Positions 51,903 through 61,801 of a stretch of DNA of 64,000 bases are shown here, one piece after another; the stretch's first letter is position 1, and every line of letters starts with the position of its first letter. The DNA is from Candidatus Scatosoma sp. (GTDB taxonomy: Bacteria; Bacillota; Clostridia; Christensenellales; Borkfalkiaceae), in the NCBI GenBank assembly GCA_045539975.1, contig JAZQGK010000130.1:1919-65918 (forward strand), given 5' to 3'. Made by a program: the position numbers and the translations under genes. The notes under the pieces were generated by a model. The model saw only the letters and a list, made by a program, of their open reading frames with translations. It was not told the DNA's origin and did not search any database.

Positions 51903-53654
51903 TCATTCTAAGGGTCTTGCCACCATACCATGGAAGAAAATGCCTTCCGGTAACGTGTTTTCCCCTGAATTTCGAATATCTCTGCGTTCCTTTTCACTGT
52001 ATTCCGCCAAAGCCACCGCCATCGGCACCGTTCTTTCTACGGGAATATATTCCAGCCAAGGCACGGGTACTGCGTGCATCTTTCCATCGCCGCCGCGCAC
52101 GGGAATAAAATCCACCCGTTCCACCGCGTTAAAGGAAAATGCCGTAACGTCCACTTTGTCCTCGTCCGCACCCTTATGCACAACGCTCGTCTTTAAAATT
52201 GCTTCCGTATCCGACTGCGGATGCGCAAAGCTGCTACACCCTATCGCATTCGCCATGACTTCGTGTTCGTAATACGTATAATTACTCTCGTAGTCCTCTA
52301 TCTCTTCCAAAGCCACGCACGGCTCTTCCACGTACGCCGGCACGGACAACAACGGCGCAAAATCAAAGAAAACAGACTTGAAATACGCGGCGTTAAACTG
52401 TATAAACTTGGTCTTAATCTCGTCCACGTCATACGAATAATAATTCGCCGCCGAAGTATTCATATTCCACGATTGCGCGTGTTCGCTGGTGATGATATTA
52501 CATCTCTTGCGCTTGGTAAAGTGGAAATCATCCCCATAGCCCGTTTCGCTCGTCATCAAGTCCACTGTGTTTTGCTGCGCAAGCGGCGTGTACATCAAGC
52601 GGAACTGTACTTCATGGTCGCGGTCGAAAGCCCCGAACAGCACGTCAAATTCCGAATTTGCCATCTCTTGAAAACCACCGCCCGTCTCCAAAGCCTTTTC
52701 CGCTTTCTTTTGCAGCTTTTTCTCGCCTTTGCGAATCTTTTTCTCGCGCTGTTTTTCCGTCAAATCCTCCGAATGCTGCGGCGCGCGGCTGAACGAAAGG
52801 TCGGGTGCGGCTTGGCTGCCGTAGCAAAGATAACTGTTCGTGTAAAAAATCGGGTACGGCTTGATAACGCTTGCGTGCAAAGTCTGCGAACGCATCCTTG
52901 TGCGCATATTTCCCTTGCTGTCGCGGTAATGCTCCGTCCAAGTAATCAGCAGCGTCCCGAAATACGTTTTCGTGCTCATCTCATGCACGCGCCGACGGCA
53001 AAAGAGGAAAGGATTTCCTGCAAAACGCCCTGAAAGAGTGTCCGTCATGGAAGTCGTCTGCCTTGACAAATCCCAAAAATCGTGCTGCTTGACAAACAAC
53101 GCCTCGTGGTCCTTGGTGAACCGACGGTCAAAGGAAAAATCCGGCACCGTCTTTTCAATGAGTTTCAGAGTATCCGTATCGTCAAACAAAGCGTTCAACG
53201 GCGCGGTTTGCTCTTGCGCTTGGCCTAAAAGCTCCTCGGCACGGCGTTCGTGTTTTTCCCGAACTTCCGTTGCGTGCTTGATGGTGGGCGTCAGTTTTTT
53301 CTTGCAAAGAATGATGCCTATCACTGCAAACACAAGCCCCACGCAAAGCGCCACAATCGGTTTCCAACCGCCTGCCGTTACGAGGTAATACACGCCTGCA
53401 ATCGCCGCGATAACCGCCGCAATGACGCCGATGACGGTCAGCACGCGCAACGTTTTATATTTGCGTATTTTTTTATTCAGTTTGTCGATGCGATGCATTT
53501 CCGCTTTATACGCCTTGACGGTGGCTCGGTTCTCCTCGACGTTGACGCCGGATTTTGCAAGCAATTCGTCAAAATAATTCTGTGCGTTTTCGTTATGCAG
53601 TTCGCGTCCCCGCGTCTCGTAAAATTTCAGGGGTTCTAACAAATCGTTATCCAT
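51903..53654 (-). CDS. Hypothetical membrane protein (583 aa), downstream partner of lemA
   Basis: Two TM helices near aa 70-115 followed by a large soluble domain. No motif recognised. Confidence 0.6.
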   Translation of the reverse strand: MDNDLLEPLKFYETRGRELHNENAQNYFDELLAKSGVNVEENRATVKAYKAEMHRIDKLNKKIRKYKTLRVLTVIGVIAAVIAAIAGVYYLVTAGGWKPIVALCVGLVFAVIGIILCKKKLTPTIKHATEVREKHERRAEELLGQAQEQTAPLNALFDDTDTLKLIEKTVPDFSFDRRFTKDHEALFVKQHDFWDLSRQTTSMTDTLSGRFAGNPFLFCRRRVHEMSTKTYFGTLLITWTEHYRDSKGNMRTRMRSQTLHASVIKPYPIFYTNSYLCYGSQAAPDLSFSRAPQHSEDLTEKQREKKIRKGEKKLQKKAEKALETGGGFQEMANSEFDVLFGAFDRDHEVQFRLMYTPLAQQNTVDLMTSETGYGDDFHFTKRKRCNIITSEHAQSWNMNTSAANYYSYDVDEIKTKFIQFNAAYFKSVFFDFAPLLSVPAYVEEPCVALEEIEDYESNYTYYEHEVMANAIGCSSFAHPQSDTEAILKTSVVHKGADEDKVDVTAFSFNAVERVDFIPVRGGDGKMHAVPVPWLEYIPVERTVPMAVALAEYSEKERRDIRNSGENTLPEGIFFHGMVARPLE

Positions 53655-53731
53655 CGCTTTCCGCCTATATGAAAGAATTTTTCATAAGTACATTATACGA
53701 CAACTTTCGACGTTTGTCAATAACCCCGTAA

Positions 53732-53768
53732 GAAAAAAACGCCGTCAAAAACCAACGGCGCTTTTTTT
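53732..53768 (-). terminator. Bidirectional intrinsic terminator
   Basis: CGCCGT-N9-ACGGCG flanked by AAAAAAA and TTTTTTT. Confidence 0.6.
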
Positions 53769-53781
53769 GATATCACTTTTG

Positions 53782-54606
53782 TCACGCATTCACCGTCAAT
53801 GCTTGATACTCATCGGCATTGCGAACGGTAATCCGTTCCTCGTCCTCTGCTTGCTCCTTCGCCTGTTCCTTCGCTTGCGCAAGCTCTGCGCCAAACTGCA
53901 TTTTGCCCAGTTCGTTGCATCTATCCAACAGTTTTTTCGCGATTTCTTCCTTACTTTCCCCATTCGCTGAAAGCTGCGAATACAACACGGGCTTGTCGAT
54001 GACGTAGGTCAGGTCGGATTTGCGGAAATAGGTGACGTAGATAGGCACGTCCATTCCCTTCTTTTTGCACACCTCCGCCAAAGCCACAAAACCAAGATGA
54101 AAACCTTCCAGCTCCGCCAAGTACCCCTTCGTCGAATCCTCCGGATAAATGACGATATTGTCCCCGTTTTTCAAGGCGTCAACGCTCTCGCGTAAAGTCT
54201 TTAAAAACCGTCCGTCTCGGTAGGTGGAAATCAAATTCAGCCCCTTGTAAAAAAGATTCGTCAGCGGGCTGGCAATCAAACAAAACAACCGCGCCAAAAA
54301 CAAATTCCAGTGCTTCTTTTCATGATAATATACGCGCGATTGATACTTGTACATCGCCACCACACCCGAGTTCATCTCGCTCGCCCCCCACATGCGTATG
54401 GGTCTGTCACAGTACAACTCCAACGACATCGGCGCGTCCGTCCCCTCGTGATTGCTTAAAATAATACCGCCATTTGTAAACTTTTCGCCCAAGTACACAA
54501 ACGTCGGTCTTTTGTACCGCCCGAGCATCAATTTCTTCATAAACCGAAACCACCACTTGCGTTTTTGTACGCTCTGCCCCTTCTTTTCTCTCACTTTTTT
54601 CGACAT
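53782..54606 (-). CDS. Lysophospholipid (PlsC-family) acyltransferase
   Basis: 274 aa. HX4D motif SNHEGTDAP and the later IVIYPEDS block. Confidence 0.8.
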   Translation of the reverse strand: MSKKVREKKGQSVQKRKWWFRFMKKLMLGRYKRPTFVYLGEKFTNGGIILSNHEGTDAPMSLELYCDRPIRMWGASEMNSGVVAMYKYQSRVYYHEKKHWNLFLARLFCLIASPLTNLFYKGLNLISTYRDGRFLKTLRESVDALKNGDNIVIYPEDSTKGYLAELEGFHLGFVALAEVCKKKGMDVPIYVTYFRKSDLTYVIDKPVLYSQLSANGESKEEIAKKLLDRCNELGKMQFGAELAQAKEQAKEQAEDEERITVRNADEYQALTVNA

Positions 54607-54753
54607 GTTAAAACCTCTTTTGTCATATTCTTTTATGACATTTTATCATATATTTTTATGACAGTCAAGTGCTTTACTAAAATTTTTGGATTTTTTCATA
54701 AAATAAACAAACGAGGTTTATAAATTTTTTTGATTGAAAACACGAACAAATGT

Positions 54754-54782
54754 TTGACTTTTAAAGAAAAAAGGTGTATAAT
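54754..54782 (+). promoter_or_regulatory. Near-consensus promoter directly abutting the radical-SAM gene start
   Basis: TTGACT (54754-54759), a 17-nt spacer, then TATAAT (54777-54782). The ATG lies 6 nt downstream with no Shine-Dalgarno sequence. Confidence 0.6.
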
Positions 54783-54788
54783 GGGCAT

Positions 54789-56060
54789 ATGATCACCCAA
54801 GAAAAGTTGACAATTTTAACGGAGAGCGCCAAATACGACGTTTCGTGCTCCTCTTCGGGGAGCGGACGGAAAAATGCAGGCGGTATCGGGAACGGATACG
54901 TGGCAGGTTGCTGTCATTCGTTCACGCCAGACGGGCGGTGCATTTCCCTTTTGAAAATTGTGCTTAGCAACGATTGTCTGTACGATTGCAAATACTGTCC
55001 CAACCGTTTGAGTGCCGACGTGCCGCGCGCAACGGCTACCCCTGACGAGATTTGCCAACTGACGATTGATTTTTACAAGCGCAATTATATCGAGGGTCTC
55101 TTTTTGTCCTCTGCCGTTTTCAAAAACCCCGATTATACCATGGAACAGCTGTTGTTGACGGTTAAAAAACTGCGGACGGAATACCATTTCCACGGGTACA
55201 TACACCTTAAAGGCATTCCGCGCGCGGACGAGCGGCTGATGAACGAGGCAGCCTTATACGCAGACCGCATGAGCTATAACGTCGAACTTCCCTCCGAGCG
55301 CAGTTTAAAGCTCCTTGCGCCGCAAAAGAGCAAAGAAAGCCTGCTGCTTCCCATGAAACAACTGGCGCTGCAAACGGAAAAATTCCACGAAGAAAAGAGA
55401 AAAGGACAATGCAAGGGGCATTTTTTGCCCGCCGGGCAAACGACGCAGATGATTATCGGCGCTTCGCCTGAACCGGACGGGCAGGTTTTGCGTTTAACGC
55501 AAGCTCTGTATCGAAAAAACGGGCTAAAACGCGTGTACTATTCCTCTTACGTGCCCGTCGTGAAAGACCCGATCCTGCCCGACGTCGGCGCGGGGCAGCT
55601 GCGAGAACATCGGTTGTACCAAGCGGATTGGCTGTTGCGTTTTTACGGCTTTTCCGTGGAAGAAATCGTGGGCGAGGAAGATAATCTTGCTATGGAATAC
55701 GACCCTAAATGCGCTTGGGCGTTGCGGAATATGCACCTATTCCCCGTGGAAATCAACCGCGCGCCGTTGGAAATGCTTTTGCGCGTGCCGGGCATCGGTG
55801 CAAAAAACGCATACAAAATTATCGAAGCGCGGAAATACGTCACACTGTCTTTTGAAAGTTTGACAAAAATGCGCGTGGCATTAAAGCGCGCCAGACATTT
55901 TATCACCTGCGATGGGAAATTTTTCGGGGAAAAACGGGAAACTGCCGTGCGCGGATTGTTGGCTGCCGCAGAAACCCAAGAAAGCGCAACGCAGTTAAAT
56001 TTGTTCAGCGCTTTATCTACTCCGCAGAACGCATTGATTGCTCTTTATGGGCAATTATGA
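54789..56060 (+). CDS. Putative DNA modification/repair radical SAM protein (TIGR03916-like)
   Basis: Cys cluster CLYDCKYC, N-terminal AKYDVSCSSSG, C-terminal helix-hairpin-helix LLRVPGIGAKNAYKI. Paired with a DUF4130 gene. Confidence 0.85.
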   Translation: MITQEKLTILTESAKYDVSCSSSGSGRKNAGGIGNGYVAGCCHSFTPDGRCISLLKIVLSNDCLYDCKYCPNRLSADVPRATATPDEICQLTIDFYKRNYIEGLFLSSAVFKNPDYTMEQLLLTVKKLRTEYHFHGYIHLKGIPRADERLMNEAALYADRMSYNVELPSERSLKLLAPQKSKESLLLPMKQLALQTEKFHEEKRKGQCKGHFLPAGQTTQMIIGASPEPDGQVLRLTQALYRKNGLKRVYYSSYVPVVKDPILPDVGAGQLREHRLYQADWLLRFYGFSVEEIVGEEDNLAMEYDPKCAWALRNMHLFPVEINRAPLEMLLRVPGIGAKNAYKIIEARKYVTLSFESLTKMRVALKRARHFITCDGKFFGEKRETAVRGLLAAAETQESATQLNLFSALSTPQNALIALYGQL

Positions 56061-56151
56061 AGGATAAAAAAGACGTTTTTAATCGAAAAAAAGATAAAAT
56101 GGGGCTACCATGTACGCGATGAAATGAAAAAAGGAGGCAAATCGAGAAAAA

Positions 56152-56889
56152 ATGCTGTATGTTTTCGATGGCACAAAACAAGGCTTTTTGACGGCTTTTT
56201 TGCTCGCGTTTTCCGATTCGAATGCACGCATGACTTGCGGAGAAACACAAATGTTATTAGGGGAAGAGCTACAACGGGTAGAAACGGACGCGGAAAAAGC
56301 CAAAAAGGCGGAAGAACGGCTGTTGTCCTTTGACCGCGATTGTATGCACGACCTCGACGTTTTGCTGCGCAGCGGTATGCCGGACAAGGCGCAAATCGCC
56401 TTTGCCTATTTCCGTTTTTTAGCGCAAGCCAAACGCCCGGTTAGGAAACAACTTGCCAACCCTGCCGTCTTTGCCGCCGTCGAGTGCATGAAACGAGTGC
56501 GACATGAAATCCATATCATGCACGGATTTATTCGCTTTATGGTGACGGCAAGCGGCGCTTTGTACGCGCCTTTTGCCCCCGACAACGATATTGCGGATTT
56601 GCTGTTGCCGCACTTTCGGGCGCGATTGCCAAAGTACTCCGTTGTGTTACATGATACTACGAGGCAAAAGGCCGCCGTGTATGACGGAAAAAACTCTTTT
56701 ATCGCGCCGCTTCACAAAGCTGACGTGCTGATTTCGGCGGATGAAACGGCTTGGCAAGAGCTTTGGAAAAACTACTACCGCGCCGTCAACATTCCCTCGC
56801 GAAAGCGATTGAAACAGATGCGCGGATTTATGCCCGTGCGGTACTGGAAGTTTCTTCCCGAAACCCAGCAACCGGCTGAGGAAGAATAA
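56152..56889 (+). CDS. DUF4130 / TIGR03915-like putative DNA repair protein
   Basis: 245 aa. MLYVFDGTKQGFLTAFL...HGFIRF...YYRAVNIPSRKRLKQMRGFMPVRYWKFLPE. Conserved partner of the radical SAM gene. Confidence 0.8.
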   Translation: MLYVFDGTKQGFLTAFLLAFSDSNARMTCGETQMLLGEELQRVETDAEKAKKAEERLLSFDRDCMHDLDVLLRSGMPDKAQIAFAYFRFLAQAKRPVRKQLANPAVFAAVECMKRVRHEIHIMHGFIRFMVTASGALYAPFAPDNDIADLLLPHFRARLPKYSVVLHDTTRQKAAVYDGKNSFIAPLHKADVLISADETAWQELWKNYYRAVNIPSRKRLKQMRGFMPVRYWKFLPETQQPAEEE

Positions 56890-56969
56890 AATTAGCCCTC
56901 CCAACCTCCTTTTTCACGTAATTGCGGACGATTTCCGTCCGTTTTTGTGGAAATTTGCCTTTCAAACCA

Positions 56970-56999
56970 TTGACAAAACCTCAAAAAAAGAGGTATAAT
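56970..56999 (+). promoter_or_regulatory. Promoter of glnN
   Basis: TTGACA (56970-56975), an 18-nt spacer, then TATAAT (56994-56999). Confidence 0.65.
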
Positions 57000-57011
57000 A
57001 AATTTACAGAC

Positions 57012-57057
57012 GGCAAAGGTGCCAGGCGGTGTAAAACCCCTTGCCTTTGCTTTTTTT
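57012..57057 (+). terminator. Leader terminator (attenuator) between the promoter and glnN
   Basis: GCAAAGG (57013-57019) pairs with CCTTTGC (57044-57050), followed by TTTTTTT. It lies about 10-60 nt after the predicted transcription start and 45 nt before the glnN ATG. Confidence 0.55.
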
Positions 57058-57102
57058 CGTTATTTTATACGATGGCATTTATTTAATAAAGGAGAACGAG
57101 TC

Positions 57103-59193
57103 ATGAAGCTTATATCCGATTACTTCGGTTGTATGGTGTTCGACGATAAAGTCATGCAAGAACGCCTTTCCGAGGATACGTATGCTTTGTTAAAACGCAC
57201 GGTCAAAGACGGCAGAAGTTTGAACCTTTCCGTTGCAAACGCCGTAGCCGCCGCCATGAAAGATTGGGCAATCGAGCTCGGCGCGACACATTACACCCAC
57301 TGGTTCCAACCCATGACCGGTATCACCGCGGAAAAACACGACAGTTTCATCTCCCCTGCCGAGGGCGGCAGAGTGATTATGGAGTTCTCCGGGAAAGAGC
57401 TCATTAAAGGAGAATCGGACGCTTCGTCCTTCCCTTCGGGCGGCTTGCGCGCCACCTTCGAAGCGCGCGGTTACACCGCTTGGGACGCGACGTCTTACGC
57501 GTTTATCAAGGACGGCGTACTGTGTATCCCCACGGCATTCTGTTCGTACAGCGGCGACGCTTTGGATAAAAAGACACCTCTTTTGCGCTCGATGGAAGCC
57601 ATCAACCGTCAAGCCTTGCGTGTTTTGAAACTGTTTGGGCATGAGGACGTCACCTCGGTAAAGACCACCGTCGGCCCGGAACAGGAATATTTCCTCGTAG
57701 ACAAAGAAGTCTACATGAAACGAAAAGACCTTCTCTATACCGGACGTACCCTCTTCGGGGCAAAACCGCCTAAGGGCCAAGAACTCGCCGACCATTATTT
57801 CGGCGTTATCAAACCCCGCGTGCAAGCGTTCATGAAAGATTTGAACGAAGAGCTTTGGAAGCTCGGCGTGCTTGCCAAGACCGAGCATAACGAAGCGGCA
57901 CCTGCCCAGCACGAGCTTGCGCCCATCTTCACGACGACGAATATTGCAGCCGACCATAACCAGCTGACAATGGAAACGATGCAGAAGATGGCAAAAAAGC
58001 ACGACCTTGTCTGCCTTTTGCATGAAAAACCGTTTGCCAACGTCAACGGCAGCGGCAAACATAACAACTGGTCGCTTTCCACGAATACGGGCATAAACTT
58101 GTTAGAGCCCGGCGATACGCCCAGCGAAAACGCACAGTTCCTACTCTTCCTCTGTTCGGTTATCAAGGCAGTAGACGATTATCAGGATCTTCTTCGCGTA
58201 TCCGTGGCAACCGCAGGCAACGACCACCGTTTGGGCGCGAACGAAGCGCCGCCTGCCGTCGTATCCATCTTCCTCGGCGACGAGCTGACGGAAATCCTGG
58301 AATGCATTGAAAAAGACGTGCCTTACGGCGCAAAAGAAACGGAACTTCTCCGCGTAGGCGTACATACCATGCCCAAGTTCCCCAAGGATACTACGGATAG
58401 AAACCGTACTTCCCCTTTCGCTTTTACCAACAATAAATTCGAGTTCCGTATGCTGGGTTCGGCAGCGTCTGTCTCCGGCCCGAATACTTTCTTGAACACG
58501 GCGGTTGCGGAGATTTTGCGACAGTTCGCCGATGAACTGGAAAGTGCGGGAAACTTTAAAACGGCTTTGCATGCTCTTATCAAGCGCGTCATCACCAACC
58601 ACAAACGTATCATTTTCAACGGGAATGGGTATGACGATAAGTGGCTTGCGGAAGCGGAAAAGCGCGGGTTGCTGAATTTAAAAACCACCCCCGACGCGAT
58701 GCCTTATTTCTTGAAAGAAAAGAATATCGCACTCTTTACCACCCATAAGGTCTATACCGAGCGCGAAATGCATTCCCGTTACGATATTTTGTTGCAGAGC
58801 TACTGCAAAATCATCAATATCGAGGGAAAAACGATGCTCGACATGGCGAAAAAGGAAATTTTACCTGCCGTTAGCGAGTACAGCCAAGTCCTTGCAAATA
58901 CCATTTTATCCAAACGCAAAGTCCACAAATCCATCGATTGTTCGTATGAAAAGGATTCTTTGAAGAAGATTTCCAACCTGACGACAAGCGCATACTACTA
59001 CGTGGAAGAATTGGAACGGGTACTTTTGCAGACCGGACAAATTGCCGACGTAACCTTGCGCGCCGTGTATTATAAAGACGCTGTGCTGTCCATTATGCAA
59101 CGGCTCCGCGCGGACGTGGACGCATTGGAAACCCTTGTTTCTGAAAAATATTGGCCCATCCCCTCTTACGGCGAGTTGCTCTTTAGCGTATAA
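57103..59193 (+). CDS. glnN: Glutamine synthetase type III
   Basis: 697 aa from MKLISDYFG (AAAGGAGAA RBS). Contains [23 protein letters not shown] and other GSIII blocks. Confidence 0.92.
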   Translation: MKLISDYFGCMVFDDKVMQERLSEDTYALLKRTVKDGRSLNLSVANAVAAAMKDWAIELGATHYTHWFQPMTGITAEKHDSFISPAEGGRVIMEFSGKELIKGESDASSFPSGGLRATFEARGYTAWDATSYAFIKDGVLCIPTAFCSYSGDALDKKTPLLRSMEAINRQALRVLKLFGHEDVTSVKTTVGPEQEYFLVDKEVYMKRKDLLYTGRTLFGAKPPKGQELADHYFGVIKPRVQAFMKDLNEELWKLGVLAKTEHNEAAPAQHELAPIFTTTNIAADHNQLTMETMQKMAKKHDLVCLLHEKPFANVNGSGKHNNWSLSTNTGINLLEPGDTPSENAQFLLFLCSVIKAVDDYQDLLRVSVATAGNDHRLGANEAPPAVVSIFLGDELTEILECIEKDVPYGAKETELLRVGVHTMPKFPKDTTDRNRTSPFAFTNNKFEFRMLGSAASVSGPNTFLNTAVAEILRQFADELESAGNFKTALHALIKRVITNHKRIIFNGNGYDDKWLAEAEKRGLLNLKTTPDAMPYFLKEKNIALFTTHKVYTEREMHSRYDILLQSYCKIINIEGKTMLDMAKKEILPAVSEYSQVLANTILSKRKVHKSIDCSYEKDSLKKISNLTTSAYYYVEELERVLLQTGQIADVTLRAVYYKDAVLSIMQRLRADVDALETLVSEKYWPIPSYGELLFSV

Positions 59194-59240
59194 CGCAAGC
59201 TGCAAACCTCCGCACGGGAAACAGGCAAAAGGAGATATTT

Positions 59241-59981
59241 ATGCAAAATTTTAACGTAGAAAAAGTCACAAAAGACGCTATTCAATGGATTCGTGATTGG
59301 TTTGAAGTCAACGGCAAGGGCTGCAACGCCGTGCTTGGGGTTTCCGGAGGAAAGGATTCAAGCATTGTTGCCGCTTTGTGCGTTGAAGCTTTGGGGAAAG
59401 ACCGCGTTATCGGGGTTTTAATGCCCAACGGCGAACAAAAAGATATCAGCTGTTCTTTGCAGCTTGTCAACCACCTCGGCATCCGTTATTACACCTGCAA
59501 TATCAAAAAAGCGGTAGACGGCGTTTTGGAAAGCTTAACGTCCAGCGGTGTGGAAATCAGCGAGCAGACGAAAGTAAATCTGCCGCCCCGTATCCGTATG
59601 TCCACGCTGTACGCCATTTCGCAATCGAACAACGGGCGCGTCGCAAACACTTGCAATCTCTCCGAGGATTGGGTTGGGTATTCCACGCGCTACGGCGACG
59701 CAGCCGGCGATTTCTCCCCTTTGGGAAAATTGACCGTAAGAGAGGTCGTTGCCATGGGGAAATATTTGCAACTGCCCATTAATTTGGTGGAAAAAGTACC
59801 TGCGGACGGTTTGACGGACAAGACGGATGAAGACAACCTCGGGTTCACCTACGCGACGTTAGATGAATACCTGCGCACAGGCGTTTGCAACGACGCGGCG
59901 GCAAAGGCTAAAATCGACCGTTTGCATACCTTGAACGAGTTTAAGTTAAAGCCTATTCCTTGTTTTGAATACAATCCGTAA
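59241..59981 (+). CDS. nadE: NAD+ synthetase (ammonia-dependent type)
   Basis: 246 aa. PP-loop GVSGGKDSS. Confidence 0.9.
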   Translation: MQNFNVEKVTKDAIQWIRDWFEVNGKGCNAVLGVSGGKDSSIVAALCVEALGKDRVIGVLMPNGEQKDISCSLQLVNHLGIRYYTCNIKKAVDGVLESLTSSGVEISEQTKVNLPPRIRMSTLYAISQSNNGRVANTCNLSEDWVGYSTRYGDAAGDFSPLGKLTVREVVAMGKYLQLPINLVEKVPADGLTDKTDEDNLGFTYATLDEYLRTGVCNDAAAKAKIDRLHTLNEFKLKPIPCFEYNP

Positions 59982-59996
59982 TTTTTAAAAAGAACA

Positions 59997-60040
59997 CCCC
60001 TCGGCTTTGCCTTTGCAAAACCGAGGGGCTTTTATTTTTC
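59997..60040 (+). terminator. Intrinsic terminator after nadE
   Basis: CCCCTCGG-N16-CCGAGGGG followed by CTTTTATTTTT. Confidence 0.75.
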
Positions 60041-60049
60041 CGTATTATC

Positions 60050-60613
60050 TTACTTTTTCATTGGATAAAAATCCACCGTGGTTACTTTCGTTTTCAAAAA
60101 CGTGATAAATTCGTCTAACTGCTGTTTGCTTTCAAATACCTTTTCCGGCAACAAAAATCCCATCAATTTATTGATATGTACGTAAATGGCCACGCCTTCC
60201 ACGATGCTCACGCACTCCACCGCCGTATAGATTTGCTCCGTTTTATGCTCGGACGTGAATTCCGAAAATCCCTCTTCCGTAAAAGTCATTTCTGCCTGCG
60301 GTGAGTAGGGCATCTTTCCGCCCTTTTTCAACATTTTTATCTGCATTTTCAATATCAAATGCATCAAGGGTTTAAACAGAGCCTGCGCAATCAGCAACCC
60401 GACCAAATACCCTACGGCGCTATACACCCCGTTCATGGAAAAGTGCTCTAAAACGAGGAATAACAACGCCAACGCCGCAAATAAAACGACAAGATACAAG
60501 CGCATTTTTTTGATTTCTTTTTTGCCGTGGCGGCTTTGAAACGTGACAAATTTATTAAACTCGTAGTAATCTTGGTCCGTCAAAAGAACGTTGAACGAAT
60601 ATTCCATAGCCAC
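60050..60613 (-). CDS. YcxB-like membrane protein (hypothetical)
   Basis: 187 aa. Two central TM helices between soluble halves. Confidence 0.55.
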   Translation of the reverse strand: MAMEYSFNVLLTDQDYYEFNKFVTFQSRHGKKEIKKMRLYLVVLFAALALLFLVLEHFSMNGVYSAVGYLVGLLIAQALFKPLMHLILKMQIKMLKKGGKMPYSPQAEMTFTEEGFSEFTSEHKTEQIYTAVECVSIVEGVAIYVHINKLMGFLLPEKVFESKQQLDEFITFLKTKVTTVDFYPMKK

Positions 60614-60638
60614 TCCTTTTTTTCAAATTTTGCAGGAT

Positions 60639-61028
60639 TTAGTCCGTCAAAAACGCCGAATGAATGACGTAATCCGCCGTCGCGCGATTGGTTGCGATGG
60701 GAATATCGTACACAACCGAGATACGCAGCAACGCTTTCACGTCGGGGTCATGCGGTTGGGATTCCAGAGGGTCCCAGAAGAAAATGACGATGTCTATCTT
60801 CTTTTCCGCCACTTTCGCGCCGATTTGCTGGTCTCCGCCGAGCGGCCCGGAGAGATAGCGTTTAACCTTCAAATCGGTGGCTTCCGCAATCAATCTTGCC
60901 GTCGTACCCGTACCGCACAGCTCGTACTTGGATAACGTTTCTTTGTTTTTAAGCGCCCAGTTTACAATTTCCGACTTTTTATTGTCGTGCGCAATCAATG
61001 CTATTGTTTTTATCTTTCTCTTTTGCAT
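60639..61028 (-). CDS. mgsA: Methylglyoxal synthase
   Basis: 129 aa. IALIAHDNKK...CGTGTTA...GPLGGDQQIGA...FFWDPL. Confidence 0.95.
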   Translation of the reverse strand: MQKRKIKTIALIAHDNKKSEIVNWALKNKETLSKYELCGTGTTARLIAEATDLKVKRYLSGPLGGDQQIGAKVAEKKIDIVIFFWDPLESQPHDPDVKALLRISVVYDIPIATNRATADYVIHSAFLTD

Positions 61029-61049
61029 ATTATCTCCTCTTTTCTCTAT

Positions 61050-61703
61050 TTATTTTTTGCAAAGTTCTATAAAATACCGAATAATTTCTATCCCATCCGC
61101 CGTATCTTCCCGTCTTTCCGAAAGACACATTTTTTCAGGGTGCCACTGCACGCCCAGCACGGGCAACGTTTCATGTTCAAAACCCTCGATAACACCGTTC
61201 CCTTCAGCAATCAGCGTCGCGCGCAACCCCTCGCCTAAACGTTCCACCGCTTGGTGATGCAGGCTGTTCACGCGGAAATTTTTGCCGTAAAGACGGTGGA
61301 ATACACTGTTTTCTTGGGCAATAACGCCGTGACTGCGCAAATGCTCTTCACTCGTTCTATGTTCGGGCGTGCAAGGCAAATGCTGACAAAGCGTACCGCC
61401 GAAGATAACGTTGAGCAGCTGTTCTCCGCGGCAAATCCCCAACACGGGTTTCCCTGCCGCCAAAAAAGCTTTCGCCAAGGCGATTTCGCATTCGTCGCGA
61501 GCCTCGTCAAAATCCACACTGCCGTTGACCTCTTCGCCGTAGCGGCTGGGGTGAACGTCGTTGCCGCCCCCTAAAATTAATCCGTCGTAATCGGTGGAAA
61601 GAGGGGGCAGGTACAGCGCGGTAGCTTCGCCTCCGCACGCCTCTACCGCCGACACGTACAATTCTTTCCCCGTATTTACGGACAACAATATTCTTGGTTT
61701 CAT
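61050..61703 (-). CDS. Class-I glutamine amidotransferase, peptidase C26 (gamma-glutamyl hydrolase-like)
   Basis: 217 aa. Nucleophile GICRGEQLLN and His/Glu VQWHPE. Confidence 0.9.
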   Translation of the reverse strand: MKPRILLSVNTGKELYVSAVEACGGEATALYLPPLSTDYDGLILGGGNDVHPSRYGEEVNGSVDFDEARDECEIALAKAFLAAGKPVLGICRGEQLLNVIFGGTLCQHLPCTPEHRTSEEHLRSHGVIAQENSVFHRLYGKNFRVNSLHHQAVERLGEGLRATLIAEGNGVIEGFEHETLPVLGVQWHPEKMCLSERREDTADGIEIIRYFIELCKK

Positions 61704-61801
61704 TCTCTCTTCCTCTTCTCTCCATGGCCCGCAATACGCAAGATATGCAAGACCACCCTTTTATTGTACCCTATTTTTTCCATTTTGGCAATAGTTTTCC
61801 G

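Noticed and set aside
57019-57102. The upstream start of glnN proposed by the ORF track ([10 protein letters not shown]...).
   Set aside because: It begins inside the leader terminator hairpin and has no [12 protein letters not shown] at 57103 has an AAAGGAGAA RBS and matches the usual GSIII N-terminus.
56970-57102. A glutamine riboswitch or T-box upstream of glnN.
   Set aside because: The leader is only about 100 nt, and the terminator begins about 15 nt after the predicted start. This is too short for a T-box, and I could not recognise the glnA-motif pseudoknot by eye.
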